Of a stretch of DNA of 64,000 nucleotides, positions 20,489 to 31,444 are shown in pieces (within the stretch, counting starts at the first letter, position 1; the number at the start of each line of letters is the position of its first letter). The notes under the pieces were generated by a model. It was given only the letters and a program-made list of their open reading frames with translations. It ran no database searches and had not been told where the DNA came from. Source of the DNA: Candidatus Poribacteria bacterium (GTDB lineage Bacteria; Poribacteria; WGA-4E; UBA9662); the NCBI GenBank assembly GCA_046582655.1, contig JAYGDX010000413.1, positions 32,001-96,000 of the forward strand, read 5' to 3'. The translations under genes and the position numbers were made by a program.

Positions 20489-21652
20489 TTAGAAGTTCAT
20501 CATAATCTGTTGATAAATATCAACTGCTTGAAGTACCTGATGACACTCAACCCACTCGACTGCAGCATGTGCCTGATCGATACTTCCTGGACCGAGGACT
20601 ATAGCAGGAATGCCAACGGCAGTGAACTTGCTCGCATCAGTCCCATAGGGAACGCCTGAGGTGACGCCTTCTCCTAATATGGTTTGACAGGCTTCCACAC
20701 CGATTTGCACAATTCGTGAGTCTACTGATGTTTCCATCGCTTCATCAAGTAAAAACGGCTCTTCTAAAGTAACATCCAGATCAGGATCGGAGTCTTGCGC
20801 GCGTGACAAAACCTGCTGAAATAGTGCTAAGGTTTCTATCGGGCGCTCGCCCGGGATGGTACGCCGATCGATTTCAATCGCACACTGATCAGGCACAAAA
20901 TTGATCTGTACACCCCCAGAAATCACGCCAATATTTAGAGTCGGGCTACCTACAAGTGGATGTGTATTGGTGTTATATATCGGTACGATTTTATCTTCAA
21001 TAGCACAAATTAACCGAGCCATTTTAGTAATCGCATTAATACCGAGATGGGGTTTCGAACTATGCGCGGCCGTTCCCTTAACGATAATACGAAACCGAGC
21101 TAATCCCTTGTGTGTCCGAACAATTTCTAACTCGGTTGGCTCGGAAACGACAACGGCTTCTGCTTCGATAATTGATGCTAAATGTGAAGCACCCCGAAAG
21201 AGATGCTCTTCATCCACAACGCCTGCATACTTAATGGTACATGATGGAATGACACCTTTTTCCTTCAAGCGTTTCATAGCCATCATCATGGCAACTCCTC
21301 CAGCCTTGGTATCACAGGCACCACGACCATAGAGTAAGCCGTCACGAATATCGGGGGTAAATGGTGGAATTGTCATAATATTAACCGAGACAGTATCCAT
21401 ATGACACTCAAACAACAAAACACGGTCGGGATCTTCACCATCCAAAGTAGCAATGATATTATGCCTTGCTGGCAGGATCTTATGCGTTTCGCAGGGAAGA
21501 CCTATATCAGCAAAAAAACCAGCGATATATTCCACCATCCTCAACTCGCCATCTTTTCCGCCCGGCAAGTCGGGATTAATGCTTTCAATGGCTACAACAT
21601 CTTGCAAGACAGATAGGATTTCATTATCAACACGATGCCAAGATCGACTCAT
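20489..21652 (-). CDS. M20 family (ArgE/DapE-like) metallo-deacylase
   Basis: 'FECHMDTV', 'LYGRGACDTKAG', 'DEE', 'SEPT', 'GTAAHSS.P..GINAI', 'GTDAS', 'GPGSIDQAH...EWV'. Confidence 0.92.
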   Translation of the reverse strand: MSRSWHRVDNEILSVLQDVVAIESINPDLPGGKDGELRMVEYIAGFFADIGLPCETHKILPARHNIIATLDGEDPDRVLLFECHMDTVSVNIMTIPPFTPDIRDGLLYGRGACDTKAGGVAMMMAMKRLKEKGVIPSCTIKYAGVVDEEHLFRGASHLASIIEAEAVVVSEPTELEIVRTHKGLARFRIIVKGTAAHSSKPHLGINAITKMARLICAIEDKIVPIYNTNTHPLVGSPTLNIGVISGGVQINFVPDQCAIEIDRRTIPGERPIETLALFQQVLSRAQDSDPDLDVTLEEPFLLDEAMETSVDSRIVQIGVEACQTILGEGVTSGVPYGTDASKFTAVGIPAIVLGPGSIDQAHAAVEWVECHQVLQAVDIYQQIMMNF

Positions 21653-21842
21653 TTATGACTCCTCACCAAATACTTAATTAATTGGTCACACAGGTAGGAA
21701 CAACTTATGCTATTCTGATATGAGGTTTTCTGAGATGTGAAACTGGAAACTCTAAATTAAGTTTCCTTTGAGATTTTTTAATTGTTTGACACAGATGGGT
21801 AAAGAATACTTAATCTTAACTCTAAAATTTTCGCGACCAGTC

Positions 21843-23294
21843 TCAAAACCATCGTTCGGCAACAACTTTCTTCTGTGTAAAGAATTCAACTGCGTCTTTT
21901 CCTTGACCATGCATATCACCGAAAAAGCTGTCTCTCCAACCACTGAACGGGAAAAATGCCATTGGCGCAGCAACGCCAAGGTTAATTCCAATATTTCCTA
22001 CCTGAGCTTCATAACGGAATTTGCGGGCAGCAGCTCCACTATTTGTAAATAAACATGCCATATTGCCATAACGACCGCTGTTCACAAAATTGATTGCATC
22101 ATCGACAGTATCCAAATGGACCATACCCAAAACTGGTCCAAAAATCTCCGTATGAATGATGTTTCCATCTAACTTTAGGTTTTGGAGAATAGTTGGTTTG
22201 ACGAAACTGCCGTTCTCATAATTATTGATCTTCGCGTTTCGGCCATCAACTAGTAGATCCGAATTCTCATCTAAACTCGATAGAATCAAACCTTCAATCC
22301 TATCCTTGCTAGCTTCTGTGATCACTGGTCCCATCTGAACCCCGTCGTCTAAACCGTATCCGACAACCCAAGAGCTAGCTTGACTAACAATTGCTTCAGT
22401 AAAGTCACTCTTAGAATCACCAACAGTAACAGCTAGCGAGGCAGCAAGACAACGTTGGCCCGCACAGCCAAAGGCGCTGTCAGCAATGATTTTGCTAGCT
22501 GTCTCAATATCTGCATCAGGAAGTATGATAATAGGATTTTTGGCACCCCCTTGGCATTGTGCACGCTTCCCATTTGCAGTAGCAAGCGCATATACGTGTT
22601 TGGCGACGCTTGTTGAACCAACAAAGCTAATAGCCTTGATTCCAGAATGATTTAAAATTGCCTCGGCCGTTTCTTTTCCACCATTAACGAGATTTATAAC
22701 TCCTGTAGGAAACCTAGCTTGATCAAATAATTCAAACAACTTTTTCATCGTCAGTGGAACTTTCTCCGATGGCTTCACGATGTAAGTATTCCCACATGCA
22801 ACAGCATACGGTAAAAACCAAGCTACAATCATGGCAGGAAAATTAAAAGGTGTAATTGCCGCACATACACCAACGGGTTGACGTATCATAACTTCGTCTA
22901 TGCCACTAGCGATATCCTCAAGGTTATAACCCTGCATCAAAGTTGGGATTCCACAGGCAACTTCAACATTTTCGATAGCGCGTCTGAGCTCTCCTTTGGA
23001 TTCTTCAAGTGTCTTCCCACATTCGAAGGTAATAGTCCTAGCAAGATCGTCCAAATTCTCTTCCAACAAATTCTTGAGTGTGAAGAGGTGCTGAACCCTG
23101 TTTGAAGGAGGTGTCTGCCGCCATTCTACCCAAGCCTCTTCAGCAACTTGAACAGCTCGGTCAACTTCGGCACTTGGAGAGAGAGGGACTTGTGCAATCA
23201 CCTCTGCGGTTGCTGGGTTGATGACATCTGCGTATTCTGTTGCCTTCGATTTAACCCATGTATTACCGATATAATTACGTAAGGTATTTGTCAT
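21843..23294 (-). CDS. mmsA: CoA-acylating methylmalonate/malonate-semialdehyde dehydrogenase
   Basis: 'ITPFNFPAM', 'KPSEKVP', 'ISFVGST', 'GGAKN', '[11 protein letters not shown]', '[25 protein letters not shown]'. Confidence 0.93.
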   Translation of the reverse strand: MTNTLRNYIGNTWVKSKATEYADVINPATAEVIAQVPLSPSAEVDRAVQVAEEAWVEWRQTPPSNRVQHLFTLKNLLEENLDDLARTITFECGKTLEESKGELRRAIENVEVACGIPTLMQGYNLEDIASGIDEVMIRQPVGVCAAITPFNFPAMIVAWFLPYAVACGNTYIVKPSEKVPLTMKKLFELFDQARFPTGVINLVNGGKETAEAILNHSGIKAISFVGSTSVAKHVYALATANGKRAQCQGGAKNPIIILPDADIETASKIIADSAFGCAGQRCLAASLAVTVGDSKSDFTEAIVSQASSWVVGYGLDDGVQMGPVITEASKDRIEGLILSSLDENSDLLVDGRNAKINNYENGSFVKPTILQNLKLDGNIIHTEIFGPVLGMVHLDTVDDAINFVNSGRYGNMACLFTNSGAAARKFRYEAQVGNIGINLGVAAPMAFFPFSGWRDSFFGDMHGQGKDAVEFFTQKKVVAERWF

Positions 23295-23311
23295 TTCATC
23301 CTCTTGTTTTT

Positions 23312-24265
23312 TTACTGAACTAAGTATTTAAAGACTGCGTCAAGATTATCATTTGGTGAAAACATCTGTTTGACTGAAATATCTTTTTCAATAATTATCT
23401 TTGGCAAACAAGTGTAAAAATCGTCGGGCCTGATTGTCTCAACAATTATTCCATTTGTTTCTGTCTGATCGAATCTAACACTGACAACGTGGTCTAAGCC
23501 CAAACATATGGCTCCAAGATCACGAGGTCGGTCACAGTGGATGTAGACTTGATGCGGGTATTCATCAATCAGATTTCGTATATCTGAGATACTACCCTCG
23601 GCTCGTATTTGACCGTGATGGATCAGCAGGATTGACTCAGTCATTGCTTCGACTTCATGCAAAACGTGACTTGAAACAACTATGTTGCGCCCTTCCTCAC
23701 CAAGCTTACGAATCAACTGAATCGTTTTTAGACGCCCAATTGGATCCATCCCATTAAGCGGTTCATCAAGGAAAATTAGCTCTGGATCGTGTACTAGTGC
23801 TTGGGCGAACTTAATTCGCTGACGCATGCCCTTGCTATAAGTCGCGATAGGTTTATCCTGTTGATCGAACATATCAACTAACTCAATGACGTTTTGGGTT
23901 CGTTGATGGGCTTCGCTATCCGAGTAACCACTCAATAAAGCCAGAAACTTAACAAACCGGAAACCAGTCATCGAACCATATAATTTTCCGACGTCTGGAC
24001 AGTAACCGATACGTCGCTTCAGATGCAGATTGTTCCAAACGGGTTGATCCAGAACGCGAACCAAACCTGCACTTGGTTTCAGTTGGCCAACGAGCAATTT
24101 AAGTAGCGTCGACTTCCCAGCTCCGTTTGGTCCCAGCAAACCGGTTACACCTGCATATATTTGAAGCGTCAAGTCATTAAGGCTAATGACTTGACCATAC
24201 CATTTGGACAGATTCGTTGTCTTAACAACAACTGATCCTTGTACGGTTTCAAGTCTTGGTTGCAT
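23312..24265 (-). CDS. ABC transporter ATP-binding protein (ABC-2 exporter type), no adjacent permease
   Basis: Walker A 'GPNGAGKST', signature 'YSKGMRQR', Walker B 'IFLDEP', 'SSH'. Confidence 0.92.
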   Translation of the reverse strand: MQPRLETVQGSVVVKTTNLSKWYGQVISLNDLTLQIYAGVTGLLGPNGAGKSTLLKLLVGQLKPSAGLVRVLDQPVWNNLHLKRRIGYCPDVGKLYGSMTGFRFVKFLALLSGYSDSEAHQRTQNVIELVDMFDQQDKPIATYSKGMRQRIKFAQALVHDPELIFLDEPLNGMDPIGRLKTIQLIRKLGEEGRNIVVSSHVLHEVEAMTESILLIHHGQIRAEGSISDIRNLIDEYPHQVYIHCDRPRDLGAICLGLDHVVSVRFDQTETNGIIVETIRPDDFYTCLPKIIIEKDISVKQMFSPNDNLDAVFKYLVQ

Positions 24266-24267
24266 GA

Positions 24268-25170
24268 CTAGTGTTCTATTTGCAGGTCTAGGCTGATGTC
24301 CAAAGGCATTGCCGAGTGAGTTAATGCACCTACAGAGATAAAATTAACACCAATTTCAGCAATTGCGCGTATTCGGCCGAGGGTAATCCCTCCCGAGGCT
24401 TCGGTTATAGCATCACCATTGACTTTTTTGACAGCCGTTTGCATTGTCTCATTGCTCATGTTATCGAGCAACAGAATGTCGGCTTCCGCTTTAAGCGCTT
24501 CCTCAACTTGATCAAGCGTTTCGACCTCAACCTCTATCTTGACAGTATGCGGTGCGGCTGAACGTGCCATTGCAATCGCCTGTGGTATGCCACCAGCAGC
24601 AATGATGTGATTATCTTTTATCAGAATACCATCATACAAGCCAAAACGGTGATTTTTACCACCGCCGATGCGAACGGCATATTTCTGTAGTAAACGCCAA
24701 CCGGGAGTTGTCTTTCGTGTATCTACGATTTTGGTTTTCGTGTTTCTAACAGCGTCGACAAATTCTGCTGTTAATGTTGCTGTTCCAGACAGTCTTTGCA
24801 GAAAATTGAGTGCTGTTCGCTCTCCTGTGAGGATCGACTTGGCACAACCACTTACTTTAGCCACTGGTGTCATCGGTTCAACCGCGGTTCCATCAGAGAC
24901 TAATTGGTGGAAACCAAGACTCGGATCAATGCGACATAAAACGCGCGCAGCAACTGGAAGACCTGCGATGATACCAACACTTTTGGTGATGATAGTACCA
25001 ACTCCTTGCTGTAAAGCACCGATGGTTGATTCTGTTGTTATATCACCACCATTGATATCTTCAGCAAGAGCTAAATCAATGAGTTGATCAATCATCTGAG
25101 AGTTTAAGGGCAGATCCACCTGTTTTTTTAGCCCAGGAGCACTTGACATCGCAAAAGAGACTGACTCCAA
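24268..25170 (-). CDS. nadC: Quinolinate phosphoribosyltransferase
   Basis: 'LALAED..GDITT', 'ERTALNFLQRLSG', 'DTRKTTPG', 'NHRFGLYDGILIKDNH', 'EVEVE', 'LLDNM', 'EASGG'; start uncertain (25170, 25149 or 25119). Confidence 0.96.
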   Translation of the reverse strand: MESVSFAMSSAPGLKKQVDLPLNSQMIDQLIDLALAEDINGGDITTESTIGALQQGVGTIITKSVGIIAGLPVAARVLCRIDPSLGFHQLVSDGTAVEPMTPVAKVSGCAKSILTGERTALNFLQRLSGTATLTAEFVDAVRNTKTKIVDTRKTTPGWRLLQKYAVRIGGGKNHRFGLYDGILIKDNHIIAAGGIPQAIAMARSAAPHTVKIEVEVETLDQVEEALKAEADILLLDNMSNETMQTAVKKVNGDAITEASGGITLGRIRAIAEIGVNFISVGALTHSAMPLDISLDLQIEH

Positions 25171-25273
25171 ATCCTTTCTATCTCACAGTGTCTTTTCAGT
25201 CTTTTTTTCTTTGTTGAAATAACAAAGAACTCACCGGAAAAAGTCATTGAACCAAACTGGATTTTTACAGCAG

Positions 25274-25302
25274 AGAATAGCATTTCACTGTATCAGTGTC
25301 AA
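25274..25302 (-). promoter_or_regulatory. Sigma-70-type promoter for nadC
   Basis: TTGACA-17 bp-TATTCT with TGn extension. Confidence 0.6.
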
Positions 25303-25372
25303 GATCAATTGTTTAATCTGATTAGGCTGCTAGAATTGTACTATGGACTTGAGATGTTGAAAGGAATTCATT

Positions 25373-26877
25373 TTGTCTGAGCAATTAGAGAAGCTTAAAG
25401 AGCAACTAATGGAGATAGACAATCTTCGGTCAGCAGCAGCACTTCTCTACTGGGATCAAGCAACGTATATGCCCCCAGGAGGTGCGACAGCCCGAGGTCA
25501 ACAAATTGCGACGCTGAACCGTATTTCCCACGAGAAATTCACCAGTGATCGAATGGGAGAGTTGCTTGAGGATCTTGCTTGGTATGAGTTGGAATCGCCT
25601 TATGACTCAGATGAGGCCAGCTTGGTGCGTATTACACGATTGAAATATGAAAAAGCAATTAAAGTGCCGTCAGACTTTATGGCAAAAATCTCCAACCATT
25701 CTGCTGCTTCGTATCAGGCATGGACAAAAGCTAGACCGGCGAATGATTTTTCCACGATGCTACCTTATTTGGAAAAGACACTTGAACTTAGTCGTCAGCT
25801 CGCAGACTTCTATCCTGGGTATGAGCATATAGCAAATCCACTGATTGACCGCAGTGATGAAGGGATGAAAGCTGAGCAGATTCGCCTGATTTTTTCTGAA
25901 CTTCGCAGTAAACTTGTTCCAATGGTAAATGCTATCACGAATCAAATAGCAACAGATGTTTCTTGTTTGCATGGTGATTTTCCCGAACAGGATCAATTCC
26001 AATTTGGAAATATGGTAATTAAGCAATTAGGATTTGACTTCAATCGTGGAAGGCAAGATAAAACGCATCACCCATTCATGACTAAGTTTTCAATCAACGA
26101 TGTTCGAATCACAACCAGATCAAAAGATGATGACATTAGTGAGTCATTGTTTAGTACGATACACGAAGCGGGACATGCTTTTTATGAGTTAGGTATTAAT
26201 GAGAATTTTAACGCGACTCCACTTGGTTCAGGTACATCGTCCGGCATTCATGAAAGTCAATCCCGTCTATGGGAAAACATTGTCGGACGAAGCCGTGAAT
26301 TCTGGGAGTTTTTCTATCCAAAACTTCAGAGTGCTTTTCCCGGTCAGTTCGATTCAGTCCCGATTGATCAATTTTATAAAGCGATCAATAATGTCGAACG
26401 ATCGCTTATTAGAACTGATGCAGACGAGGTAACTTATAATTTACATGTGATGATGCGATTTGATCTTGAGCTGGATCTGCTTGTAGGTCAGCTTGCAATC
26501 AAGGATCTACCCCAAGCCTGGAACGAACGGTTTCGATCCGACTTCGGTATAGTACCAACAGATGATAGTAACGGAGTTTTGCAGGATGTTCATTGGTATA
26601 GTGGAACAATCGGTGGTGCTTTTCAAGGATACACTCTTGGAAACATTCTAAGCAGACAATTTTATGACAGGGCTACACAGACACACTCTGAAATCTCAAC
26701 CGAGATTGCCAACGGAAAATTTGACACACTTCAAAATTGGTTAAGAGAACAAATTTATCGGCACGGCAGCAAATTTACTCCAAACGAGTTAATTAGGCGT
26801 GTCACAGGCAATGAGTTATCAATAGAGCCTTATATCCGTTACCTGTGGGGAAGTATGGTCAACTTTATCAGTTATAG
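25373..26877 (+). CDS. Carboxypeptidase Taq (M32); 1-bp frameshift near the 3' end
   Basis: 'LLYWDQATYMP', 'HPF', 'DVRITTR', 'HEAGH', 'HESQS', 'LIRTDADEVTY', 'GVLQDVHW'. Family-like tail KYGQLYQL* ends at 26877 in a shifted frame; as assembled the ORF runs to 26962. Confidence 0.92.
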
Positions 26878-27707
26878 ATTTTGTTTACTGTGGACAGATG
26901 GGGAGGATTTTCAAGTCCTAATGTTAGACAAATTTTCTTTATGCCTGCCAATTTCGGGTTAAGTTGAAGGGCTTTTGTTAACATATCCTTGGCCAAAACT
27001 TTTAAACCAACACTAGTATAAAGTTCAGCAAGTCGCCGGTAAACCCAAGCTAGCTCTCGCTTGGATAGCTTCAAATCTTTGATCCTTTGTAGGTCATTTG
27101 GTATATTCTCTAAATTCTCCGGGTTTGTGAGGCAATCGATATACATTTTTTTTAATCTATCCCGGATTTCGGATACAAAATGGTGAAAAACCGGTCGTAG
27201 TTTCTCGTAAGAGAGCAACTTTTCATAGAGATGCACCGCCGCACGGTGATTACTAGTAGTTTGATAAGCTTCAGCAATTAAAAACTCACAATCACGGCTT
27301 TCAGCATAATCCATGAAATCATCAATGCAAAAATCCTGAGTTTCCGCTTGTAGTTCTTCGTAAAGCCGAATTCCCTTTTCGTGATTGAAGCTCAGTAATT
27401 CCTGAAGCACCAAGACACACTTGTCTCGTTGCAACTTCGACCGCCGTAGACGTTCAGCATAAAACTGGTATCGTTGCTGCTGACGTTCTTTTTCTGCAAC
27501 CCATGCGTCATATTCCCATTTCTTCTGGTCATTACCAAGGACTTCATAGGCTGTTTGTATGGATTGGAATGCCCGATCTGCGTTCTTCGTCCGATTCTTG
27601 TCAGGATGAAATTGTTTGGCTAGCCTGCGGAAGGCTCGTTTAATTTCTTTCGAAGTCGCATTCCGACTGACTTTTAGTTCGTTGTAATAGTTGGGTCGAT
27701 TTTGCAT
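26868..27707 (-). CDS. J-domain protein with helical/TPR-like C-terminus
   Basis: 'NYYNELKVSRNATSKEIKRAFRRLAKQFHPDKN...AYEVLGND'; tail 'YRRLAELY...KALQLNPKL'; likely ATG at 27707. Confidence 0.88.
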   Translation of the reverse strand: MQNRPNYYNELKVSRNATSKEIKRAFRRLAKQFHPDKNRTKNADRAFQSIQTAYEVLGNDQKKWEYDAWVAEKERQQQRYQFYAERLRRSKLQRDKCVLVLQELLSFNHEKGIRLYEELQAETQDFCIDDFMDYAESRDCEFLIAEAYQTTSNHRAAVHLYEKLLSYEKLRPVFHHFVSEIRDRLKKMYIDCLTNPENLENIPNDLQRIKDLKLSKRELAWVYRRLAELYTSVGLKVLAKDMLTKALQLNPKLAGIKKICLTLGLENPPHLSTVNKIYN

Positions 27708-27850
27708 TAAATTCAGGGGAATTCTAGTGTATAGACTGATGTGCATCATCACATAACAGGATGTCTTTGTCAAGAGAAACTTATCCATTAAAAAGGAATT
27801 GACTTAGACCCATACGATACTTTATCATAACAACCTTTGGGAGGTATCAT

Positions 27851-28822
27851 TTGGAAAGAATCCATACTATAGTGATCATAGTTTTCTTTTCTCTGATGGA
27901 GCCAATCTCTGCTGAAACATTGCCCTACAAAGTACCAAACAAACTTGCGGTTGAAACCTTTCAAACTGAAGAAGATCACGATTTTCTAAAAGGTTTCCGT
28001 GAAAAGAAAATCCCACTTCTAATACGAAAAACACTGGGAACTGAGCACGATTTCGTCGCTGCTTGGTTACGCGAAAACACAGCGGAACTGAATGATTACC
28101 AATTGACAATTAAAATCATGCAACGTGGTGTGCATGTGACTGAAGACCAATTTGGCTGGCTAAAAAAAGAAGTTGATATCTGTGCAGAAATACTCGGCTT
28201 ACAAAAAGTTCCCCACGTTTTCGTTATTGGTGACACCTCCATGACAGCGGATGTAGTTAATTTCCATGATCCGATGATTCTACTTTCATCTGATCTGATT
28301 GAAAAATCCAATCTGATCGCGCTTCGTTTTGCCATAGGTCAACAGATGGGGCATATTTTATGTGATCATGTCTTTTTTAAAATGTTGTTTTCAGGTGGTT
28401 TTGGCTCCATTCAGATTATTCTAGGTAAATGGGTTCGGAGCCTAATTGAGTCCTTTATCGGCAAAATATCCAATCTGATACTGGTTGATTGGACACTAGC
28501 TCGTGAAATTTCGGCTGATCGCGCTGGACTAATTGCCTGTCAGGATCTTCAGGTCGCACGACAAACAATGATCAACTTCAAACTGGCTATCGATGTAAAT
28601 AAAGTCAAGATCAATCCTAAGGATTACTTGAAACAAGCAAAAATTGTTCAAGCTAAACGTAATGTGATTTACCAAAAATTACCAGATGCAGCACGAAAAA
28701 GTATTGAGCGCTGGGAGAGGTCAAATCAGCTAGCGTCGGATCAGCCTTTTATGTTCTTGCGTTTTCACGCGTTAGCAGAATTTTCAGAGTCTGAACTCTA
28801 TCAAGGTTTGTGGAAAGAATGA
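27851..28822 (+). CDS. M48 (Ste24/HtpX-like) peptidase homologue with degenerate zinc motif
   Basis: 'VHVTEDQF', 'PHVFV', 'RFAIGQQMGHILCDH' at the HExxH position, 'REISADRAGLIACQD'; hydrophobic N-terminus. Confidence 0.8.
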   Translation: MERIHTIVIIVFFSLMEPISAETLPYKVPNKLAVETFQTEEDHDFLKGFREKKIPLLIRKTLGTEHDFVAAWLRENTAELNDYQLTIKIMQRGVHVTEDQFGWLKKEVDICAEILGLQKVPHVFVIGDTSMTADVVNFHDPMILLSSDLIEKSNLIALRFAIGQQMGHILCDHVFFKMLFSGGFGSIQIILGKWVRSLIESFIGKISNLILVDWTLAREISADRAGLIACQDLQVARQTMINFKLAIDVNKVKINPKDYLKQAKIVQAKRNVIYQKLPDAARKSIERWERSNQLASDQPFMFLRFHALAEFSESELYQGLWKE

Positions 28823-29820
28823 TGTCCAAGACAAAAGTGCAATGGGGGATTTTAGGCACTGCCAATATTGCGAAAAAAGTGGGAGGAGCTATCAAAATTG
28901 CTGAAAATGCTGAATTGCTCGCTGTGGCTAGCCGGTCTCAGGCAAGAGCAAATCAGTGGGCAAAAAATAATCAGATTGAGCGTGCTTATGGAAGTTACGA
29001 TGCGCTTTTAGAAGACCCGCAAATCAATGCTGTATACATTCCACTTCCACCATCAATGCACGCTAAGTGGACAATCAAAGCTGCAGACCATGGAAAGCAC
29101 ATTTTATGTGAGAAGCCGTTATCAGTAACAGCTGATGAAGCGGTTGCCATGGCCGAGACATGTAAAGCAAACCAAGTGCAACTAATGGATGGCGTTATGT
29201 GGGTTCATCATGACAGAACAAACAGAATGCTAGGGTTGATCAAAAACGGAAGCCTCGGAGAGATGCGACGTGTGACAGCAACCTTTACCTTCAACTGGGA
29301 TCAGATTCCTCACGACAACATTCGAATCAAAAAAGAGCTCGGCGGAGGCAGTCTCGGTGACCTCGGTTACTACTGTATTCGTGCTATTCTCTGGGCATTC
29401 AGTGATTGTCCAACTAAAGTTTTTGCCACCGCGCGTCATGAGAACGATGTTGACTATAACCTGACTGCTATTCTGTGGTTTGACGAACAACGGATGGCTT
29501 CATTTGATTGCGGTTTTGACATAGGTACACGAAAATGGTTTGAAATAGCTGGAACTCAAGCGTCTTTAATCTGCGATGATTTTACTGTCCCGTGGAAGCC
29601 TGAGACAGCTCGTTTTTGGATTCATCATGCGAATGGCAAGGATGCAGAGCACAGAATTGATGGTTGTGTACAAGAAGTCAAAATGATCGAATATTTTTCG
29701 ACTGTCGCCCAAACTGGCAATTTCAACTCAAAGCTGATTGCGGATGCTGTTGATACCATGCACATCTGTGACGCACTGAAAAAGTCAATCAGACTTAATC
29801 AGGTTATAGATCTTGTTTAA
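28819..29820 (+). CDS. Gfo/Idh/MocA family oxidoreductase (xylose dehydrogenase-like subgroup)
   Basis: 'WGILGTANIA', 'AVASRS', 'AVYIPLP..MH', 'GKHILCEKP', 'GGGSLGDLGYY'; ATGA overlap with the upstream stop. Confidence 0.92.
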   Translation: MMSKTKVQWGILGTANIAKKVGGAIKIAENAELLAVASRSQARANQWAKNNQIERAYGSYDALLEDPQINAVYIPLPPSMHAKWTIKAADHGKHILCEKPLSVTADEAVAMAETCKANQVQLMDGVMWVHHDRTNRMLGLIKNGSLGEMRRVTATFTFNWDQIPHDNIRIKKELGGGSLGDLGYYCIRAILWAFSDCPTKVFATARHENDVDYNLTAILWFDEQRMASFDCGFDIGTRKWFEIAGTQASLICDDFTVPWKPETARFWIHHANGKDAEHRIDGCVQEVKMIEYFSTVAQTGNFNSKLIADAVDTMHICDALKKSIRLNQVIDLV

Positions 29821-29839
29821 AAAAGGTTATACCTATTAA

Positions 29840-30724
29840 ATGACAGATGACTGGAAAGTCGTTATTTCTCGGTTGACCCATCTTATTGATAAAGCGGAAA
29901 AATTCTTTCTACAAAATAATGTTACTGATTCAGAGGAAGAAACCAATTCACTTCTTGACCAGTACTCAGCGTTTCGCTGGCAAATTCGATTTGGGGTGCC
30001 TAAACTAATTCCAGTTCGTCACCCGGATTTGATGGACATCAATGACCTAATCGGAATCAATCAAGAAATCGATACTTTAGACCGAAACACACGACAATTC
30101 CTGTATGGTTTGCCCGCCAACCACGTACTGCTGTGGGGCGATAGGGGAACCGGAAAATCGTCGCTTGTGAAAGCAATTCTTAACCGGTACGCGGATCAGG
30201 GATTACGCCTGATTGAAGTTAACAAAGATGGATTGATCTATTTGCAAGAGCTTACTGAACTCATTTGGAATAGACAGGAAAGTTACGTTCTTTTCTGTGA
30301 TGACCTCTCCTTTAGCGATCAGGAAGCAGAATATCGCGAACTGAAGGCCATATTAGAAGGTGGAATTTCAGCGAGACCGAATAATGTTTTAATTTACGCA
30401 ACATCAAACCGTCGCCATCTCATGCCGCGTCAGATTGTGGAAAATAAATTCCCAGCGACCGATCAGGACGAACTCTATCCTCGTGAGACCACCGAAGAGA
30501 AGGTTTCGTTAAGTGATCGCTTTGGATTACGAATTGCCTTCCAGCGTATTTCAAAAAGAACTTACCTTGACATCGTTTCACACTATTCTCAACAGCGGTG
30601 TCTTCCTATTTCAGATGATGAACTTGAACAAGAAGCTATTGAATGGGAAGCTTCATCAAGCGGGAGATCCGGTCGAGTCGCACGCCAGTTAATCGATGAC
30701 TTGGAAGGTCGGTTAAAATCATGA
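29840..30724 (+). CDS. DUF815 family AAA+ ATP-binding protein
   Basis: 'NTRQFLYGLPANHVLLWGDRGTGKSSLVKA', 'FCDDLSF', 'YATSNRRHL', 'EEKVSLSDRFGL', 'RSGRVARQ'. Confidence 0.92.
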   Translation: MTDDWKVVISRLTHLIDKAEKFFLQNNVTDSEEETNSLLDQYSAFRWQIRFGVPKLIPVRHPDLMDINDLIGINQEIDTLDRNTRQFLYGLPANHVLLWGDRGTGKSSLVKAILNRYADQGLRLIEVNKDGLIYLQELTELIWNRQESYVLFCDDLSFSDQEAEYRELKAILEGGISARPNNVLIYATSNRRHLMPRQIVENKFPATDQDELYPRETTEEKVSLSDRFGLRIAFQRISKRTYLDIVSHYSQQRCLPISDDELEQEAIEWEASSSGRSGRVARQLIDDLEGRLKS

Positions 30725-31444
30725 TTTAACGATTCCCCCATCAAAACTATATCTCGGCCAACCAAGATGCCAACCAGTAAAACCATGTGGGATGTAGTGA
30801 TTTGCCAGCACATGCCGGAACGAATTTTTGTCTAGAATGAGTCCGCCTCGGTGTACTAAAACGCCGTGGAACAAAACGACATCCCCAGTCGACACTTCAA
30901 CCTCGATTTCAGGAAGATTGTTCCGTTCAAATAGAAAATCAACTGCGTCATTATAATCCATACCATGGAATTCGCCTGCATCCTCAAAATCATAACGTGT
31001 GATTAACCGATTCTTATGCGAACCAGGCTGCACATAAATCGTTCCATTTTCAACACCAATGTTTTGAAGTGCGATCCAAGCTGACATGCAACTCGGCAGG
31101 TAAAACTGATCTTGATGTCGACGTTGTTCTGACCCCTTCCAGAAATACATGGTCTGAATACCTTCGGCATCTTCGCCCAAACAATCGTAAAGAGGCTGAC
31201 ATAATCTTAGATCAATTAGCCATGCCATTGCCACTGGATCATAAGCATGCTGATTGTGTGTCCGTCCCCACTCATCCGCTTGACGTAACGTAAAACCATT
31301 TAGTTTCCGTCGTCCAGCATGTAAATCCATCATGTATTCAATAAAATCATCACATTCAGCCTGACTGAAAACTTCACGAAGAATAACATAACCTTCCTGC
31401 CTGTAATGCCCTTTTTGACTGGATGTGAGTTCTTTTCCATTCAT
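30719..31444 (-). CDS. PhyH-family dioxygenase
   Basis: 'YRQEGYVILREVFS', 'HQDQFY', 'SAWIAL', 'NGTIYVQPGSH', 'GDVVLFHGVLVHRG'. Confidence 0.92.
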   Translation of the reverse strand: MNGKELTSSQKGHYRQEGYVILREVFSQAECDDFIEYMMDLHAGRRKLNGFTLRQADEWGRTHNQHAYDPVAMAWLIDLRLCQPLYDCLGEDAEGIQTMYFWKGSEQRRHQDQFYLPSCMSAWIALQNIGVENGTIYVQPGSHKNRLITRYDFEDAGEFHGMDYNDAVDFLFERNNLPEIEVEVSTGDVVLFHGVLVHRGGLILDKNSFRHVLANHYIPHGFTGWHLGWPRYSFDGGIVKS

